Below are positions 56,984 through 64,000 of a DNA stretch of 64,000 nt, piece after piece; the stretch's first letter is position 1; each line of letters starts with the position of its first letter. The position numbers and the translations under genes were made by a program. The stretch comes from Geosiphon pyriformis uo1 (taxonomy: Eukaryota > Fungi > Glomeromycota), in assembly GCA_016748015.1 (NCBI GenBank), contig JAAOMT010000222.1, positions 251,924 to 315,923 on the forward strand. Direction: 5' to 3'. The notes under the pieces were generated by a model that had not been told where the DNA came from, did no database searches, and saw nothing but the letters and a program-made list of their open reading frames with translations.

Positions 56984-57734
56984 TGTTATGGTTAAAACTC
57001 ATACTTTTTATTAGTTATCACATGTATTAGCCACTGATGTCATATAATTAACTATCTTATTTTTAAATAGTAATTATTGATCTAATCAATGACCTAACCA
57101 TTAACCTGATCAATAATCTGACTATTAATTTAATCATTAACCTAATCATTGACTTGATTATTGATCTGATTATTAACTTAATTATTGATTTGATTATTGA
57201 TTATTTTTGATAACTATATAAGCAATAAATCTCTTAGCTATAGAAAAACATGTCAGAAATCAAGGAAATCAAATAAATAAAATAACAACTTTTATTTTAA
57301 TTCTTCTCTTATTACTAAATTTTTTTTCCTATCTTCAAGTATCTGAATATCTTGAGATAAAGGATTACTTGTTGGTTATTTTTTACCTTTTTCTTAAAAT
57401 ATGTAATTGTAATATTTAAAAATTATTGAATAAAACATGACTGAAGAGTATATTTAATACCTGATATTAAATTCTAAGAGTATCAACATAAGACATAAAA
57501 TTATACCAGTGTGTAATTATTTGTTGACAGTACAGACTATTTTTCTATCTTTAGATTTTCCAGTTATCTTTTGAAAAGTATAGTGACTGAGATATTTTAT
57601 GAGATTAATCTTACATATTGAATTTATATTTATTCAATTTGCTCTTTGAAGTTGAATTCTTTTTGATTTTTTTCATTACCTTACAATTCTGTTTTCTTTT
57701 GCTATCTGTTAGCTTGTTATTCCAATCCATAACA
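56984..57734 (+). repeat. 5' LTR of E5 with a 12-bp tandem array
   Basis: 8-bp terminal inverted repeat, array at ~57075-57203, CTATATAAG at ~57214. Confidence 0.85.
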
Positions 57735-60700
57735 TAAAAGTGATGCTCTTTGTAAAGTTGTCAAAATCCACTTTTTTTTCTATTTTATGAGTGATTATTC
57801 ATATCTGTCACAATAATTAGAAAAACATTTTGAAGCACACAACAAAAACAATCTAGATTTTATTAAACTTAACTTTTTGTTCTCTTGCTTGATTTGTTTT
57901 CTCATTGAAAAACAATCTAATAAATAATTCTAAGATTTTTGAAACTGGTTTTTAAATGAGTATTTAGCTAAAATCTATATAGTTTATACAACTTATTACT
58001 TTGACCAAGCTTATTTTGAAGACAACTTTAAAGGAAGAAACAACAGTATCAATTAGCTTTTATATTGCACAATCTTTAAACAACAGTCTTTTGATTTTGA
58101 ATATCTAAATCACTAAATTCAGATTTAAATTGTTGCTCATTAATTAGCTAAAACACCCTTTGAAACAAAAAAAAAAGGCTATTAAACTGCTCTTGTTTTT
58201 GATTTTTTTTTAAGTAAATCAGAACACTTTACACAAACAACTACTCCTAAACCAATGGCTAATAATCCTATACAACAAAACATTTTGGTTGCTTTCCAAG
58301 ACATACAAACTGTTTTAAGGCAAAGAAATAATACCTTATTATTATTATTTAGAGATGATGCACAAGATTCAATTAAATAATTGAATGATTTTAAAAAAAC
58401 TGTCACAGCCAACCAATATAATAATAAATACAAGTTTTAAATCATTGGTGGCTACTTTCAAAACTTTTCAGCTACTTGGTTTTCACAAGAAACCAATGCC
58501 AATGCTTAACAAAAAATCATTAGATAGACACCAACAAATGCTGAAAAAAACAACACTTCTTTTACTATCTGATTTGAAATGAAATTTAGAACTTCTATCT
58601 TAATATCCAAATGATGCATAAAATTAGAAAAAAGAACCCAAGGTCTTAGTGAAATTGTAACTGAGTATGCCAAAGCAATCAGAAAGTTAATTAAGCAAGT
58701 AGACTCTGGAAAAAACTAAACAGAAGAGCAAAAAATTCACTTCTTTATAAAAAGATTAAGAACTAATTTCTTATATGCTTTTTGGCCCTTTTGGCTCTAA
58801 AAGACAATTCCACAATGGATATGGCTATTGAACTTGTCCAGCGAATAGAAAACAATCAAAAAATGCATCTAAGATTTACACTTCCAGTTTTTGCTCCTGC
58901 TCTTGTTATGGCTTCTGCTTTCCAAATGGCTGTTATCTTTTTTGCTATCCAAACTTAAGACCCAAATAAATAATTGATAGATAGATTCACAACTAATCTT
59001 GCTCAATTACTAGAATCCTTAACCCAAGCAGTTGGAGATAATTAGTAATCACAAAGACCCAGATTTGAAACCCATTTTAATTAGTCCCAACAACCTTTTT
59101 ATCAAAGACAACAAAATCATGGTTTATCTGTGTGTTATCATTGTGGATTAACTAGACATTTCTCCAGAGATTGCAACAATCTTCTCTTGTCTCCTCTAGC
59201 TCTCAGAAACAATGACAATTAAAACAACAAAACTATTAACAACAATATTCCCAATTAAAGACACAATTATGCTAACATCAATTTCTTTAAAGAAGATCTC
59301 TTAGTTGAAGTCACTATTTATCAGTCTTTAAATTGGTAAGCATATCTTCAAAGAATAAAAGTACAAGCCAATCAGAAGAAAATTTCTTTTATACTTTTAA
59401 CCTAATTGATAATGACCATGACATGAATAAACTAGCAATTAACACCTCTCAATTAACAAGAAAGAAAAAAAAAGCCAAAGTTGACTTTGTTTTGAACCCA
59501 AACAAAGCATCTATATTAATTGTTAATAACAATGAACCACCAAAAACTAAAGTTTTTAAAAATTTTCCAAAGTTAGAACCCTCAAAAATAGTACAAAAAT
59601 CTGGTCTCTATTCTGTTGTTAAAGACCTCATGAAAACCCCAGCTTACATTATTTTTGGCCAATTAATGATCCATCCATAATTCAAAAAAAATCTTCACAA
59701 ATCTCTGATCCCAAAGAAAAAAACACCAAAAACCAATAAGTGTTTTTACTAAGCTGAACTTACTAACAACAACAATGTTATTCCCCTCATTTGCAAAGCT
59801 CAAGTGGCTGGTTATTTTATTGACTTAATCTTAGACAGTAGATTATCTGTTAGTGTAATTGCCAAACACTTTCTAAAAGCCATTGGAAGAAAAATTAATA
59901 AATCTTTTACCCAGCCTATAATTAATATACATGGTAACAAAAAGAAAGGGCTTAATATTGCCAAAGTTATTTCTGTTCACATTAATAGCATTAGCATTAA
60001 AACTGACATAAAAGTATTTGAAGCAAAAAAATACACCATAATTGTTGGCAATAAATGGCTCAAAAAAACCAAAGTGCTACTTGACTATAAACTTTGTGAG
60101 CTAACTATTAGATGTGATGAGAAGTCTATTGTAGTTAAATGTTATCATTAGACAACTCTTTCAGTATCCAAGCAAAATTAAGAAAATAAACAATTAGATA
60201 ATGATGAGAGTAATAAAGGAGAAAATTAAGAAGAACAAAAGGAAACTACTAAACTCACTTATACTATTTTCATTAGCAATGACAAGCCATTAGATAATAT
60301 TAAAGCTGATAAGGAAGAAATCATTGTAAATGACAAGCTAATCTGCTGGTTCTACTATGATATCCTCAGAAGAACCTTTGATAGAAAGCCTGACAAGAAA
60401 GCAAAATACAGTTATTGGTGGCATGACCCTTGTATCTGGTGCTAATATAATAAACCCTTGTATTCTCCTAATAATGAATGCAAATTTTGCCTAATTTACT
60501 ACAAAGATTGGGAACTCATTAACATAATACCAAAAGAAAAATTAAGAGAAGTACAAAAGTTTTTTGAAAGTAAACCACCTAAGATTCAATCACTTGCAAT
60601 AGAACAAAGAGAATCCTCTTTTGAAGAAAAAAAAGTAGATATTGAAAATCTGTTGGCTAAAAATAATCCAGTTATCTCAAAAGAAAGTAATACATTTGGA

Positions 60701-61211
60701 TGAACTCATGTAATACAACATACCATTATTACCAGAAAAACTCATCCCATTTATTTGAAGTTTTATCAATTCAATTGACACAATAATAAGTTTATTAAGA
60801 AAAAGATAACTCAAATGAAAAATCTTGGATTTATACAAAAAACCAAGAGTAAATGGGCTTTCTTAGTTGTAGTGATATCCAAAAAAGGTGGAATCTTATA
60901 CTTCTGTATCAACTACTGTCAATTAAATATTATTACTATAAGAGACATATACCTACTCTCCAAAATTAATACAATGTTAAACAAATTCAATGGTGCTGTT
61001 TTTTTCTTAACTATTGACTTAACTGCTAAATTCTGGCAAGTAGAGATGAATTCAGAAAGTAAGAAAAAAACTGCTTTTATTACCAAGTATAACACCTATA
61101 AATTTACAGTCATGCCTTTTGGTCTTACCAATACTCCTCTCACCTTTTAATATCTAATAAACAAAGTGTTTGAATCAGTAAAAAAAACTTTGTTTTGGTC
61201 TATTTAGATAA
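56984..61211 (+). mobile_element. Ty3/Gypsy element E5 (family D), 5' part: LTR, PBS, Gag, CCHC, protease, short Cys domain, RT up to YLD; interrupted by E4
   Basis: LTR 56984-57734 with TGTTATGG/CCATAACA termini and a decayed PBS TGATGCTCTTTGTAAAG at 57741. CYHCGLTRHFSRDC at ~59133, LILDSR at ~59825, MPFGLTN at ~61112. No dUTPase motifs. Confidence 0.9.
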
Positions 61212-64000
61212 TATTACTCATAGAATATAAGAAGTATATTAGCATATAAATTAGACAATCAGAAATAGTCATAGTAAATGTGGAATTCCAGGGTTTCTCT
61301 TAGAGGAATTGTAAGATTCCAGAAATTTTAGGATTCTTATACAAAGAATCACAGAATTCCAGAATTCTAGAATTTCTCTCAAAGAAATTGCAGGATTCTA
61401 GGAATTCCAGGATTCCTGGTGTGAAGAATTGAAAAATTAAAGAATTGAAGAATCTTAATTATGTATATATATCAATAGAATTAGAAATAAAAAAGACAGA
61501 CCTCTTAGTTTAGATTTGATCAAACACAATCTTTTACATCACAAATATCAAATAAATAATTATTCACTATCTTAATCCACTCTTGCTATCAACACTTTAT
61601 GTTGATAGTAATTGATACTTAATACTACTAGAACAATAGCTCTTAATCACAGCTATTGATAGAATATTAACACACAAATTGCCTTGGCTTATTTTTTTTA
61701 TTTTCTTTTTTATTTTTTTTGGATTTACTAATTGATTAAAAATTAAGCACTGAATTATTGACATCAAAGATTGCCTGGTAAAAAACCCTTGCAAGTGGAT
61801 AGAGCATGTAAAAAATATGGATTACTTACCAGAGAATTGCCAGCCATTAAACTGAAGAAAAAAATTGACAGAATTGCAATTCTGAAAAGCTATGAATAAA
61901 CAACTATTGAATCTCTGTCCATTATACAAAGGACTCAACAAAAACCTTCAGATAATAATACCTTTAAACCCATTATTGTGAATAAGCTTTTGAGCACCAA
62001 GTTACGGGTTTTGTTATTTGATTTGAGACCCCAAATAGTTACTTATAACATTTGGTGCTCTCTGTGAGGTATAATCTTACAGAGAACCAGCACCAACAAC
62101 AATCATCCAAAAATGGCAGAATCAGAAATCATAGGAGCAAACCATTTAGAATTCACCAAATCTTTGTTTCAATAGTACAGCCAACAATTAGGATTAAACA
62201 ATAACTATTTTCCAGCAGAATCAGCTTTTAACTTTTATGTCAATGATAAAATCACAGATTGCTTAAAAGAAACAGTTAACATTAAATCTGCAAGAGAAAA
62301 TTTTTATACAGAATTGTTTTAACATACCAGCTTACCAAGAAACTACAGTTTTGCACCAATCATCAGGGAAATCAATCAAACCATTGAAAGATACACCCAA
62401 CAACAATTCTCCATTACCTATGCAGACAAAGGCAAGAGAAGATTGCAAACACCAGTGGTAACACCAAAACAGATACAACCACCTACTTGAAAGAAAACCA
62501 GAAATGAATTACCAACCAATCCATCATATTATTATACACCCAGAAGTGCCATTAATATCTCCTCAGCAAATGCATCTACATTAAACATAACATCAATCTT
62601 TAAACAATTCCCATTTTAAAGTAAACAAAGAAGAGCAGAGTTGTTAAGACCATATAATAAATATTTTGAAAGATTTAAATTGTGATCACCAATGCCATCA
62701 AGATTTCGATCACCACTACTTTAACTAGACTTCAGAACCACAAGTCCGTGGAAAGTAATAGAATTAGAAAAAAAAGAAAGTAAGAAACAAGAATTTACTT
62801 ACCAAAATCTGATCCTAGAAAATCCAGAAGTTAAAACTCTGAACATTCAAATCCAACAAACTCAAAACAATTCAAACCCCAAAACAATTAATCAGCAAAA
62901 CTTACTTCCAGTAATTATTATTAATTAGCCACCAATTGAACTAATTATTGAACTGATTCAACAGCAGCCACTTCAGCAACTTATTCAACCCCTTTAACAA
63001 TTCCAGCAGTTGCTTTCACAGCTACAATAACAACTTCTACCACTACACCAATAACTGTACTAATAGCTTATACTCCAATAGCTAAACTCAAAAAATTCAT
63101 TGGTAAAGAAGACAATGCCCAAATATGGCTGAACAATATGGAAAAAGCCATCATAGCTAATGGATGAAATGATGCCAAAGTCATGTAAGCCATCTCTTAT
63201 TTCCTCCAAGATACTGCCAACTCATAATATCAAAGCTTAGCCAATAAACCACAGAATTTTAATGCATTCAAGTTTGCATTCTTACAATACTTCAGCAATA
63301 ATAATAATATTAATTGCCTAGCAAATACTTTTACTACCATCAAACAAAAAGAAAATAAAGCAGTTACCACTTACTTAAGATGCTTCTATAGAAATCTGTG
63401 CCAAATTCAGGCCATACAAGCTGATTATTTTACAGCACCACAAATTCTGAATCAATTTATTAGAGGACTGCACAGTAGCATCCTCTAACACATGTGTCCA
63501 ATGCATCCAACAGACCTTTAAGCCACAATTACAAATGCCAGAGATTTTGAAGCAGCTGAACTCAAAGCAAACCATGTCCAAGCCATAAATTTAGTGATGA
63601 ATGAATCATCTGACTTGGATTCTAAATTGAAGCAACTCAGTGACTCAATTAATCAGAAATTAGAGGGATATTTAGTTGACAATCATGCAATTTATCAATC
63701 ACCAATAATTCAGGAAACACAAATCATTTCCAAAATCAATTGCATCTATCATTATCATCCAATTAGCCATGGCAGCCAGAGACACAAATCTGCCACAACT
63801 GTGATAAACAAGATCATATTAGAGCTAACTACTATTCTTATAGTAATTCATGATCAGAAAATCAATATCAAAACCCCAATCACAAAGTTCAAATCCTGAA
63901 TTATTACTCAAATCAAGAACAATATCAGCCCACTTACCTGTTAATAATGCAACAGGCAATATATCAACCACCTATATATTAACCTCCAGTTTATTAACTA
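61212..64000 (+). mobile_element. Ty3/Gypsy element E4 (family A subfamily), 5' part: LTR 61212-62050, PBS 62053-62069, N-terminal extension, Gag, CCHC
   Basis: LTR homologous to the E3 LTR, identical PBS, extension homologous to 23531-24440, Gag at ~63060-63590, CHNC-x4-H at ~63790. Confidence 0.93.

Overview
AT-rich eukaryotic DNA, most likely from an early-diverging fungus (Glomeromycotina-like; inferred from the short GT-AG introns and the TE content, not verified). About 90% of the window is a nest of decayed retrotransposons around a ~3.6 kb island with two intact genes: an intronless Topors-like RING E3 ligase (52478-53455, +) and a 10-exon bacterial-type [4Fe-4S] L-serine dehydratase (53549-56036, -). 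There are five Ty3/Gypsy-type LTR elements: E1 (<1-4896), E2 (5238-15116), E3 (22603-30953), E5 (56984->61211) and E4 (61212->64000). There are also three solo or truncated LTRs, four LINE copies (APE-RT-RNaseH in the three with ORF2 in view) and an ORF1-only LINE derivative (one complete, one 5' fragment). The best candidate for an undescribed system is the layout shared by two divergent Gypsy families (E2 versus E1/E3/E4). A single long ORF encodes an N-terminal extension (probably GUG-initiated), Gag, CCHC, protease, a multi-Cys domain, dUTPase, RT and RNase H, and stops right after RNase H. Integrase is a separate ORF with its own Met-Asp start. A conserved ~210 aa non-Env ORF3 ends at the PPT. 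These elements make 4-bp TSDs with a central YR step and share one PBS. All repeats show strong C>T/G>A erosion that includes non-CpG sites (RIP-like), while the gene island keeps its CpGs. All readings are by eye and no database searches were run.
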